This document shows positions 13,944-24,968 of a stretch of DNA of 64,000 nt, in pieces. Within the stretch, counting starts at the first letter, position 1; every line of letters starts with the position of its first letter. The notes under the pieces are model-generated. The model ran no database searches. It was not told the origin of the DNA and saw only the letters and a program-made list of their open reading frames with translations. This DNA is from Octopus sinensis (lineage: Eukaryota): contig NC_043004.1 in assembly GCF_006345805.1 (NCBI RefSeq), positions 50,840,001-50,904,000 of the forward strand, written 5' to 3'. Made by a program: the position numbers and the translations under genes.

Positions 13944-15640
13944 GGTAATTTTTTTTTTGTGTAACACCCGCACGATCTTCACTAAGAAGAAAAAAATCGA
14001 ATTTTTGTGCGTGGATTCAAGTGCCCTGACATCCTAATATGCTGCAAATCCCTTATTTTGGTTCGGAAAAAGAGGGGTGGGGCGAGGTGGGGACACCCTC
14101 CATCCAGGATTCATTGGAAAATTTTCGTTGAATGAATTCCTGTGACCTCCTAATGTGCTACAAAACCCACATTAATATAACTAAGTCTTATCTTTGGGCT
14201 TCCTGTAAGGTTTGTAAATAGTCCTATTTATATGCACATATAAATAGGCGCAGGAGTGGCTGTGTGGTAAGCAGCTTGCTTACAAACCACATGGTTCCGG
14301 GTTCAGTCCCACTGCGTGGCACCTTGGGCAAGTGCCTTCTACTATAGTCTCGGGTCGACCAAAGCCTTGTGAGTGGATTTGGTAGACGGAAACTGAAAGA
14401 AGCCCGTCGTATATATGTATATGTCCCCGTTACTTAGCGGTTCGGCAAAAGAGACCGATAGAATAAGGGCTTACAAAAAGAATAAGTCCCGGGGTCGAGT
14501 TGCTCGATTAAAAGGCGGTGCTCCAGCATGGCCGCAGTCAAATGACTGAAACAAGTAAAAGAGTAAAAGAATATATAGGCGCATGTGTGGGTGTGTAATG
14601 TATGAGTTTCACGTGAGTGTGTGTGTGTGAGTATATGCATATAGGCGTATGTACGCGGGTGTGCGTGTGCGCATGTGTATGTATGTACATGCACGTTGAC
14701 GCGATTTCTATGAGCCTTTTTAGTTCCTTACTTTCTCCCCTTCGCCCCCCCCTCATCCTTATTTAACGGTCATTCTAATAGCTCCTTTGTCTTAATAACG
14801 GTCAATTACATAGTAATTTCCCTTTGTTTAACGGTCATTTTTATAGCATTTTTTGATTGCCTCAATAACTGACGAGATGCCGGAGCAGTTTTCCGCCCCG
14901 ACATCCGAAACTCGGAGTATTCTTATGGCAACTGAATAATTGTCACATACTGTATATTACAAATAAATTCCTCTATTTACATAAATATCGAGGTTTCATT
15001 CATTTTTGTTGTCTTACCATTACCATTACTAATAATATATAAAAGGGTTTTGTAGCATATTAGGAGGTCACAAGAATTCATTCAATGAAAAAAAAAAATT
15101 CCAATGGTTCCGGGATGGGGGGGGACCCTTCGTCCCACCCCCTTTTTTCCGAACCAAAATAAGGGATTTGCAGCATATTAGGAGGTCAGGGTACTTGATT
15201 CCACCAAAAAATCCGATTATTTTTCCTTAGTGAAAATCGTGGTGGTGAAAAGTTCAATGGGTGTGGGGTGGGGTGAAATTTCCGAGGCTTCCACCTTACT
15301 CCACCCCGTTTTTCGGACCCCAAAAAGGGATTTGGTGTGTGTGTTTGTGCCCCTAGCATTGCTTGACAACCGATGCTGGTGTGTTTACTTCCCCGTCACT
15401 TAGCGGTTCGGCAAAAAAGACCAATAGAATAAGTACTGGGCTTACAAAGAATAAGTCCCGAGGTCGATTTGCTCGACTAAAGGCGGTGCTCCAGCATGGC
15501 CGCAGTCAAATGACTGAAACAAGTAAAAGAGTAAAAGAGTAAAGGGTAATATTGGAAGGTCAGGGTACTTGATTCCATGCAAAAAATCCGAGTTTTTTTT
15601 TTTCGTGAAAATCGTGCGAGTGTTACACAAAGAAATTACT
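13944..15640. mobile_element. Non-autonomous long-TIR DNA transposon (Merlin-like termini) with nested SINE pieces
   Basis: Left arm ~13944-14205 is inverted at ~15040-15245 and 15548-15640. Termini GGTAATTT/AAATTACT. Identical 8-bp flanks GATAAATC at 13936-13943 and 15641-15648. Confidence 0.7.
14863..14928 (+). ncRNA. Hammerhead-ribozyme-like motif (type I, imperfect stem I) in a Penelope-type terminal remnant
   Basis: CTGACGA-GATG...CATC-C-GAAA-CTCGGAG-TA; stem I weak. Confidence 0.5.
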
Positions 15641-16633
15641 GATAAATCTACCAAAGTTGTTATCAAATTAACAACCAACGCCACCCCCAAATATAATAAA
15701 TAAATAAATCGATAAAAATAATAAATACAGGAGCGAAATGTAGCCTTCTCCGCTCCGTTATCTTCTCTTTGGTTTCGGAAATCGGTGGTGAGTGCCGTTT
15801 CGTCTGCGTTACGTTGTGAGTTCAAATTCCGCCTAGGTCGACTTTGCCTTTCATCCTTTCGCGGTCGATAAATTAAGTACCAGTTACGCACTGGGGTAGA
15901 TGTAATCGACTTAATACCTATGTCTGTCCTTGTTTGTCCCCTCTGTGTTTAGCCCCTTGTGGGTAATAAAGAAATAGGTATTCGCTTTTTTATTTTTGAT
16001 TTAAAAAAAATATCTTTTATTGTTTATTTGTTTGTCGTTCGATTGCGGCCTTTTACCGAACTGTTTAATTTACAGGGAAGTGAATAAACCAACACCGGTG
16101 ATCAAGGGGGTGTTAGGGACAAAACACACATATACATGCACGCTTACACGCACGCACGCGCGCACGTGCAAACAGACATACACACGTGCGCGTGACGTAC
16201 TTCGATACAGTTTCCGTCGATCGAATTCCCTCACAAGGCCTTTGGTCGGCCCGAGGCTATGGCAGAAGACACTTTCTCAAGGTTCCGCGCAGTGGGACGA
16301 AATCAGAACTTCGTAGATGCTGAGAGAGCTTCCTATACACACATGCATGTCAATAGATGGGGAAGAAGAACGTCTGAAACTCAGCCAGCTTCTTCTTCTC
16401 TTGTTTTTCTCAACATAATTGTAATCTACATCATCGACGACGTATCACAGCGAAATTTCATTGAAAAATATGCATGCTTTCAGGAAGTTATCAGTCAACC
16501 GATTCGCGGGGCATTAATCTGTAGATATGCCTATATGAGTGCGTGGGTATTGTAACATTAGCTAATAAGAGTGAGCGGCGAAGAGAAAGAGGGAGGGAGG
16601 AGAGACACAGTGTGTGCGTGTGTGTGTGTGTGC

Positions 16634-16669
<36 letters not shown>

Positions 16670-16713
16670 AGCAGTATCAACGTCAACTATATCAAATGAA
16701 CAGATATAGTTAG

Positions 16714-16730
16714 TAGCTATAGTGATTGTC
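16714..16730 (+). promoter_or_regulatory. Conserved upstream element TAGCTATAGTGRTTGTC at -46..-30 of tRNA-Met (also 17062-17078, 18147-18163, 18498-18514)
   Basis: Same motif at exactly the same distance before all four tRNA genes, although the intervening spacers differ. Confidence 0.6.
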
Positions 16731-16759
16731 ATCATTAACAAGTGACTTTGTTGCCAACT

Positions 16760-16854
16760 GCCTCGGTAGCGCAGTAGGCAGCGCGTCAGTCTCATAATCC
16801 TGATCTAGCAATCGAGTAATCTGAAGGTCGTGAGTTCGATCCTCACCTGGGGCA
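16760..16854 (+). tRNA. trnM-CAT: tRNA-Met(CAT) elongator, 22-nt intron at 16797-16818
   Basis: Cloverleaf: GCCTCGG/CTGGGGC acceptor, GCGC D stem, TCAGT-CTCATA|A-TCTGA anticodon arm with U31-U39 as in eukaryotic elongator Met, GTGAG-TTCGATC-CTCAC T arm; 73 nt after intron removal; T-run terminator follows. Confidence 0.95.
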
Positions 16855-17107
16855 CAACTTTTTTTTTCTAAAAATAATTTTTTTTTTTTTTTTAAATTTA
16901 AATATATTGTGTGTATATTATATACAACTAATCAGAAATTATGATTTTTACGTAGTCATATAGCAAATTGTAAGAATGAGTAGAGGGGACGGAGTGAAGA
17001 GACAGAGTTTTTGCGTGTGTGTTATGAATATAGGCGGGCAGGAATTATCGACAACAACTTTTAGCTATAGTGGTTGTCTTCCTAAACAAAGACACCTGTC
17101 GTTAACT

Positions 17108-17202
17108 GCCTCGGTAGCGCAGTAGGCAGCGCGTCAGTCTCATAATCCTAATCTAACAGCCGAGTAATCTGAAGGTCGTGAGTTCGATCCTCACCTGGGG
17201 CA
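17108..17202 (+). tRNA. trnM-CAT: tRNA-Met(CAT) elongator, 22-nt intron at 17145-17166
   Basis: Exons identical to copy 1; intron ATCCTAATCTAACAGCCGAGTA; T-run terminator. Confidence 0.95.
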
Positions 17203-17719
17203 AGCTTTTTTTAAAATTTAAAGGTAATTTTTTTTTATGTTTCTTTTTATCTATGGACAGTTTACTGTCCTTTATATGATTATCTTTCCGCCATAAATGT
17301 GTTGTGTGTGTGTGTCCGTGCATGTCTTTGGGTTGTGTTTGTCCCCCACCCCAATTGATAACCGGTGTTGGTGTGTTAGAGCAAGTCGATTTACATCCAC
17401 CCTACTATTCAGCTGGTACATATTTTATCGTACCCAAAAGGATGAAAGACAAAGTTGACCCAAATCGGAATTTCATGAAATGCCGCTAAGCATTTTGCCC
17501 GGTGCGGTGTCGATTCTGCCAAGCTTGCCGCCTTTTATTTAGAGCTAATATCGGTATTGTATACAAATAAGCAGTTGTTGTGATTATATGTGCGTGTGAC
17601 TATATATTATAACAGTGGGGGAGAGAAAGAGACAGGGTGTGTGAGTGTGTGTGTGCGAGTGTGGGTGTGTATGTATGCGCGCGTGTGTTGCATATTGCAT
17701 AAATGCTGTCAGCAACAAC

Positions 17720-18128
17720 AGGCGTAGGAGAGGCTGTGTGGTAAGTAGCTTGCTTACCAACCACATGGTTCCGGGTTCAGTCCCACTGCGTGGCACCTTG
17801 GGCATGCGTCTTCTGCTATAGCCTCGGGCCGACCAAAGCCTTGTGAGTGGATTTAGTAAACGGAAACTGAAAGAAGCCCGTCGTATATATGTATATATAT
17901 ATATATGTGTGTGTTTGTGTTTGTCCCCCCCCCCCAACATCGCTTGACAACCGATGGTGGTGTGTTTACGTCCCCGTAACTTAGCGGTTCGGCAAAAGAG
18001 ACCCTTCGAATAAGTACTAGGCCTACAAAGAATAAGTCCTGGGTCGATGTGCTCGACTAAAGGTGGTGCTCCAGCATGGCCACAGTCACATGACTGAAAC
18101 AAGTAAAAGAGTAAAAGAGTAAAGAGTA
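17720..18128 (+). mobile_element. SINE family A, full copy between the two tRNA pairs
   Basis: Same head, central microsatellite and tail as 9426-9839. Confidence 0.9.
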
Positions 18129-18192
18129 ACAACGACTTGTGCTGAGTAGCTATAGTGATTGTCTTCCTAAACAAATACTCCGACGCTTAGTT

Positions 18193-18287
18193 GCCTCGGT
18201 AGCGCAGTAGGCAGCGCGTCAGTCTCATAATCCTAATCTAGCAATCGAGTAATCTGAAGGTCGTGAGTTCGATCCTCACCTGGGGCA
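18193..18287 (+). tRNA. trnM-CAT: tRNA-Met(CAT) elongator, 22-nt intron at 18230-18251
   Basis: Exons identical; intron ATCCTAATCTAGCAATCGAGTA; T-run terminator. Confidence 0.95.
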
Positions 18288-18543
18288 CAACATTTTTTTC
18301 TTTTTTCTAAAAATAAATTTTTTTTTTTAAATTTAAATATATTGTGTGTATATTATATACAACTAATCAGTAGTTATGATTTTACGTAGTCATATAGCAA
18401 ATTGTAAGAATGAGTAGAGGGGACGGAGTGAAGAGACAGAGTTTTTGCGTGTGTGTGTTATGAATATATGCGGGCAGGAATTATCGACGACAACTTTTAG
18501 CTATAGTGGTTGTCTTCCTAAACAAAGACACCTGTCGTTAACT

Positions 18544-18638
18544 GCCTCGGTAGCGCAGTAGGCAGCGCGTCAGTCTCATAATCCTGATCTAACACCCGAG
18601 TAATCTGAAGGTCGTGAGTTCGATCCTCACCTGGGGCA
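18544..18638 (+). tRNA. trnM-CAT: tRNA-Met(CAT) elongator, 22-nt intron at 18581-18602
   Basis: Exons identical; intron ATCCTGATCTAACACCCGAGTA; T-run terminator. Confidence 0.95.
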
Positions 18639-18899
18639 ACCTTTTTTTTAAATTTAAAGGTAATTTTTTTTTGTTTCTTTTTATCTGAAGACAGTTTACT
18701 GTCCTTTATATGATTATCTTTCCGCCATAAATGTGTTGTGTGTGTGTGTCCGTGCATGTCTTTGGGTTGTGTTTGTCCCCCACCCCAATTGATAACCGGT
18801 GTTGGTGTGTTTACGTCCATATAGGTAAAAGAGCTGATAGAATAAGTACCAAACTTTAAAATAAGTACTAAGATCGATTTGTTCGATTGAAAAAAATTA

Positions 18900-19295
18900 T
18901 ACTTGACCATAACCAGTGGAGCATGTCCCTCAGTAGCTGACGATATGTGCATCTCTGATCACGAGCAGGAATAGTGGGTGGGGCGTATTATAACCATTGG
19001 TTGAGAGGAATTCTTTGGGGCTTGAACAATTCACACCTGGAAACATGGATGTTTCGTTCATCATCCTGAAACAAACCTTCTGGGCGGGATGAGATATTCG
19101 ACCTGAAGTTATCTGCTGTTTATCTTGATATGAGTCCACCATGTCGCACATATATGTTGTGATGCATGTGCTTGGTGTGGCTTTATCAGACGGGTAGTCA
19201 TGATGGGTATATTAGGCTTCGTATATTTGTATACCGCAGCATCACTTCAATGGCCTGCGCTGCTCTCTCACCCAATAGCAACAATAATAATAATG
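18900..19295 (+). repeat. Unclassified interspersed repeat ending in (AAT)n (second copy ~31540-31955); probable retroelement 3' end
   Basis: Two diverged copies share GAGCATGTCC...GCTGACGATATGTGCATCTCTGATCAC...CTGCTCTCTCAC and an AAT tail. Confidence 0.6.
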
Positions 19296-19299
19296 GTGG

Positions 19300-20010
19300 C
19301 AAATTTTGCCACAAGGGCAGCAATTTTGGAGGAGGGGATAAGTCAATTACATCAACCCCAGTGTTCAAATGATGTTTATTTTATCGACCCCAAAAGGACG
19401 AAAAGCAAAGTCGACCTCGATGGAATTCGAACTCAGAGCGTAAAGACGGACGAATAATCATTTCTACTAAAAGCACAATGCCTGCAATTTGGTGGGAAGG
19501 GACTAGTTGATTACATCAACACAATACTTAATTTATCAGCCCCAAAAGAATGAAAGTCAAAGTCGACCTCAGCAGAATTTGAATTCAGAATGTAAAACCG
19601 CGTAGTTTTTTACTCGGTGCCATAACGATTCTGCCAGCTCAGTCCTTTCTATTATAAGCACAAGGCCAGAAATTTGTGGGGAGAGGGTAAGTCGATTACA
19701 TCAACCCCATTGTTCAACTTGTACTTATTCCGAAAGGGATGAAAGGCAAAGCCGATTTCGGCGATATTTGAATTCAGAACGTAATGCCTGAAGAAATGTT
19801 GCTCAACATTTTCTTCGGCATGCTAATAATTCTGCCAGCTCGTCATCTTTAGTTTCAAATTTTGAACTAGGCCAGCAATTTTAGAGGAGGATGCAGGTCG
19901 ATTACATCGACCGCATTGCTCGACTGATACTTATTTTATTGACCCCCGAAAGGATAAACGACCAAGTCGACTTCGGCGGAATTTGAAATCATAACGCAAA
20001 GAGCGTAGCG
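19300..20010 (-). mobile_element. Cluster of about four degenerate SINE family B copies in the same orientation
   Basis: Repeated GATTACATC(A/G)ACC...GAAAGGATGAAAGGCAAAGTCGACCTCGGCGGAATTTGAA-like core. Confidence 0.7.
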
Positions 20011-20039
20011 GCTCTTTGATAGACGAAATTATGTGAAGA

Positions 20040-20290
20040 ATGACCAGCCAAAACCTAAAATCGACTGAGAGAAAACTATCCCTGGAAAGGTTGATAGAAA
20101 TCGTGAACGCATACATCAATACCGTTATATATGTTTCCGTGACCGTCATGCCTTTCTCCCACATTTTTCGGATCAGTTTGGGGCGTCTGGATTTTTGCAT
20201 CATGTGGAAGGGATACCTTCCACTGGTCAGGTGGTCCATCTGTTGACAGCATCCTCTGTGCGGAGAGTTTATCACAAATAGCCCTACCAC
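20040..20290 (+). mobile_element. Diverged Tx1-clade ORF2 fragment
   Basis: TERKLSLERLIEIVNAYINTVIY...MWKGYLPLVRWSIC*QHPL aligns by eye to AERKLSLKGRAEVVNAYIASIIY...LWKGCVPMVRRSICCQHPL of the element at 1-2902. Confidence 0.75.
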
Positions 20291-20400
20291 TCTTCAGTTT
20301 CAAAGAACTGGGAATTTCCCCACTTTGCTGCCATTTGTAGGAGACGTCTGTCAAGAAAAAAACCTTGCTCAATCGTAGTTTTGGTTTGGATCAATATTTT

Positions 20401-20432
<32 letters not shown>

Positions 20433-21008
20433 TGTATGTCAGGTTGCTCTTGGGTGCCATTGGTAACATGTAACCCAGTACAACCTGTTGCGTGGTCGGG
20501 TCGTCGGTTACTAAACTGGGAACCCCATCAGGCTTGCTTGGTGAGGAGGGTGATTGTTGGACACACTGCAGGACGAAGAATAAGACCTTTCAAAAGGCAG
20601 AAGAGCTCATGAATAGTCAACGGCTACCCTATATGATGTGTACATGTGTACGTATGCATGTATGTATGTGCGGAGATGTGGAAATACCTGGATTGGTATC
20701 CAGGGGCGTGGTGGGCCCACTGGGAGCCGGAGGCTACCTCTGTTGTTGTCACAACATCTCCCTAGGAGAGGGATACTCTGAGTGAAAACCTGCGACACTG
20801 ACAATATTCAATAATGTAGACTAGTTCTTCTTTTCGAGTTTATGTTGTCCGTGTTATGAGAGTGGGATTGGATTCGTGCAAAATCTTTTCCCACTATAAA
20901 AAAAAATCATCATGCACAGGTATCGCTTGAAAAAATGGAAAGACTTACTACAAAAATGGCTGGTCGTAACCTTCGCATACATGGGACTTTCGATGAGGCG
21001 TTAGCATT

Positions 21009-21462
21009 ATTAGCCTAATTTCTCAACTCTGATAATTAAGCAGTGTGTTACATATCCCAGGGCTCCAGTAATTACGGGTATGAACCTAACCTTGTAATCT
21101 GGATAGAGTAACTGCAGATGTCTCAATAGCTCATCGTAAACATTCTCTTTTTCACTGATCTTCAGCTTTATGTTAGCATCCGATGGGCAGCTAATTTCAA
21201 CAACTGTACATAGTTTCTCTTCTCTATTCCAAATCATTATATCAGGCCTGTTGTGTTTACATTTTATTGAGGTCTTCACTGGGACATTCCACCAGTACTC
21301 CTTTTTATTATTAGTGGCTATGGTTTCTACCGCACTGTGGGTTCTTATTTATTTGTCCTCGAGGTTATCCTTCCGATGGATTTCATTATAGAGTGTTCAA
21401 GGTGCATCATGTCTCATCGGTAGATTATACCGTAATGACATTTTCGTACAACTGCTTATAAG
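21009..21462 (-). mobile_element. R4/Dong-like RLE LINE fragment (restriction-like endonuclease)
   Basis: RPDIMIWNREEKLCTVVEISCPSDANIKLKISEKENVY (PD-(D/E)xK-like); 5' junction in (CATA)n on the element strand. Confidence 0.82.
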
Positions 21463-22452
21463 TATGTATGTATGTATGTATGTATGTATGTATGTATGTA
21501 TGTATGTATGTATGTATGTATGTATGTATGTAGTATGTATGTATGTATGTGTGTGTGTATGTATGTATGATGTATGTATGTATGTATGTATGTATGTATG
21601 TATGTATGTATGTGTGTGTGTATGTATGTATGATGTATGTATGTATGTATGTATGTATGTATGTATGTATGTATGTCCTACGTTTGACTTTAAACTGGGG
21701 GCCGTGTACAGGGCTTTCAGGCTTGTGATAAATGTGGAACCACCTCTTAACCATTATTGTTTCCAAGTCTACTCTGATCCGGACCCCTTGATATGGGTTA
21801 GCTAGTAAATGTCCCCTATTTCTCGTTAGGAGAAGAAAAAACATGTTTTTTAAAAAAAAAACCTGAAATACAGTTGGTTCCGGCCGTCTCAACATTTCAT
21901 CCGTCTTTACATTCCGATTTTCACTGACCCTGAGAGGATGTCCTTTGCAAACCCATCTTTGAGGGTCAATGAAATAAGTATCGGTTGGCTAGCTCCTCTC
22001 CCAGATTTGAAGACCTTCTACTTATAACAGAAAGGATTATTATTATACAGAAGGCATCGACTGGAAGCTCTTTTTTTTTTCTTACTTTCAACTTTTGCTT
22101 CAATAATTTCTAATCAAATCTTGTTGAAGTAATTTTGTTTTTCAAGGTTGAATCAATTGACTTCAGCTCCTGCTTAGAAGTTTCGCGGCGCAGGCGAGAC
22201 TCTGTGGTAAGAAGCTTACTTCCCAACCATATGGTTCCGGGTTCAGTCCCACTGAGTGGCATCTTGGGCAAGTGTCTTCTGCTATAGCCTCGGGCTGACC
22301 AAAGCCTTGTGACTGTATTTGGCAGTCGGAAACTGAAAGACGCCCGTCATGTGTGTGAGTGTGTCTGTGTATATATATATGTGTATGTATGTATGTATGT
22401 ATGTATGTATGTATGTATGTGTGTGTGTGAGTGTCTTTGTGTCTGTGTTCAA

Positions 22453-22493
<41 letters not shown>

Positions 22494-22885
22494 AGTGTGC
22501 GTGTTTGTGTGTGTGTGTGTGTGTGTGTGCTCGCGTACGTGTGTGTGTGCTCGCGTACGTATGTGTGTGTATGCATGTGTGATATATATATATATATATG
22601 TGTGTGTGTTATATATATATATCAATAATAATAAAAGGGTTAAATTAATTAATTAATTAATTAAAGGGTAAAATCAATTCATTAATGTATGTATTATGTA
22701 TGTATGTATATATGTATGTGCGTGTGGATGGACGAACGGACGTACGTATGTATGTATGTATGTATGTATGTATGTATGTATGTATGGATGGATGGATGGA
22801 TGGATGGATGTGTGTGTGTGTGTGTGTGTGATGCTAGATCGCGTACATATTTAATCCTAACACTCTCAAATTTATATCTCGAAAT

Positions 22886-22947
22886 GCTACACTGAAGATG
22901 AGAAATAAGTAAATATAACTACTTTAACCTCGAAACGCGTATGTAGC
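22886..22947 (+). ncRNA. Type I hammerhead ribozyme motif, all core residues present
   Basis: GCTACA-CTGAAGA-T-GAG..(AAGTA/TACTT)..CTC-GAAA-CGCG-TA|TGTAGC: 6-bp stem I, G-C-closed stem II, palindromic ACGCGT stem III, GUA cleavage triplet. Confidence 0.72.
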
Positions 22948-23139
22948 TAATCTTGAGTCGCGTTGATTCGTTATTTTTTCTTATTTTCTACGTAAAAATA
23001 AAAAGTATGTTACTGTTTGGGAGATTTTTATGGTATCGGAAAAGGCATTTTAACTCTAATTTCTAAATTCGGTGCGTGGTGAAGCAATTAGCAGACACCC
23101 CTGATTATAATTATGTTTATAATTATAGAATATTTGCAT

Positions 23140-23216
<77 letters not shown>

Positions 23217-23226
23217 ATATATATAT

Positions 23227-23284
<58 letters not shown>

Positions 23285-23313
<29 letters not shown>

Positions 23314-23640
23314 GATAGGGGTTGTGAGTGTAACCCTCTATGGGATAACATATCAATATACTGCCAGTAAAGCACCCAGAAATGCTAATACATAAATGCT
23401 AAGAATTGCATATATTGTATAATTTGGGCGAAGGTAAAATGTTTTACCTCAAATTCATGATACAAAATAAGAAAATGGAGGAATACACCTTAATCAATCA
23501 TCAACTACCAGATAATACCCATTCACATAATTTATTAACCAACTACATAGGAACATCAAGATCAAACACAATAATACAGAACAAAACAGTACACATCAAT
23601 GAGTAATATGATACCATAAGTACAATACGTATAAATAAAT
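23285..23640. repeat. Unclassified repeat family (second copy ~30470-30895), possibly a Penelope-type terminal repeat
   Basis: Shared GATAGGGGTT(G/A)TGAGTGTAACCC...GGGCGAAGGTAAAATGTTTTACC...AAAATAAGAAAATGGAGGAATA. Confidence 0.6.
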
Positions 23641-23895
23641 ATATACATATATATAGCTTTCACCTTTTAATTTTACTTGTTCCAGTCATTTTACTGTGGG
23701 CAAGCTGGGGGCATCACCTTGAAGGGTTTTAGTCGAACAAATTGGCCCCAGGACTTCATTTTATTTTTTTAGCCTAGTACTTATCCTATCGGTCACTTTT
23801 GCCGAATCGCTAAATTACGGGTACATAAACACATCAACGCTGGTTGTCAAGCGGTGGTGAGGGACAAACAGACACAAAGGCACGTACGCACATAA

Positions 23896-23940
<45 letters not shown>

Positions 23941-24733
23941 ACACACACACACACACACACACGCACACACGCATATGTACATCCATTCATCCATCCATCC
24001 ATCCATCCATCCATCCATCCATCCATCCATCCATCCGTCCGTCCGTCAGTCCATCCATCCATCCATCCATCCATACATACATACATACATACATACATAC
24101 ATACATACATACACACATGTATATACGACGGGCTTCTTTCAGGTTCCGTCTATCAAATCCACTCACACGGCTTTAGTAGGCCCAAGGTGTTACATAGTAG
24201 GGCTGAACCCGGAACCAAGTGGTTGGGAAGTAAAATTCTTACTACACACACACACACAGACACACTCACACACACACACAAAGTCTACTCTGTGAGCATA
24301 AATGATGATGACGTTAACGAATGTGATTCATTGATTGGTTTGGTCATTTGATTTTCATTTGGTTTTTGTTTATTTAATCAAATAATCCATTTTTGTATAC
24401 ACCCAATTAATTATATATATCGCATGGGTGTGTGTGTGTGTGTGTGTGTTGTTTTTCTTGTTATTGCCTTTGTTATGTCAAGCTGTTTGTGGCATGATTG
24501 AACACAACAAAAACAAAAACAAAAACTAAACACACGACAAGCTACAAACTATTTGACACAACAGAAAGAGGACAAACACGATAACAACAACAGCGACAAC
24601 AACCTGTAACTAGTCACGGTGTTGTGGACGGACCCCGACTCCCCACTTTCCTTACGTCACTGAAAGTGGACAAACGCATTGCAATCAAATAAAGAAACTG
24701 TGTCAGTTCGCAACGGTAATAGTTGATAGTAAA

Positions 24734-24968
24734 GGCGGTGAGCTGGCAGAAACGTTAGCATGCCGGGCGAAATGCGTAGCCGTATTTCGTCTGCCGCTAC
24801 ATTCTGAGTTCAAATTCCGCCGAGGTCGACTTTGCCTTTCATCCTTTCTGGGGCGATAAATTAAGTACCAGTTACGCACTGGGGTCGATATAATCGATTT
24901 AATCCGTTTGTCTGTCCTCGTTTGTCCCCTCTGTGTTTAGCCCCTTGTGGGTAGTAAAGAAATAGGTA
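24734..24968 (+). mobile_element. tRNA-derived SINE family B, near-full copy (others at ~15780+, 27700-, 28231-, 37454+, 47880-, 48150-, 55600+, 59290+)
   Basis: GGCGGTGAGCTGGCAGAAACGTTAG...GAGTTCAAATTCCGCC (A/B boxes) followed by a shared body ending GTAGTAAAGAAATAGGT. Confidence 0.85.

Noticed and set aside
16350-16480. Protein-like minus-strand frame VDDVDYNYVEKNKRRRSWLSFRRSSSPSIDM
   Set aside because: In-frame stop just upstream and no usable splice acceptor.
18518-18952. 144-aa minus-strand ORF
   Set aside because: Antisense to tRNA-Met copy 4 and repeats.
21680-22030. 156-aa minus-strand ORF and adjacent unique-looking DNA
   Set aside because: Half microsatellite; the rest weakly resembles L1/Tx1 RT (STFITSLKALYTAP), too degraded to call.
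24600-24720. CRE-like TTACGTCA and a GC-richer patch as a possible promoter
   Set aside because: A single short motif with no linked gene.
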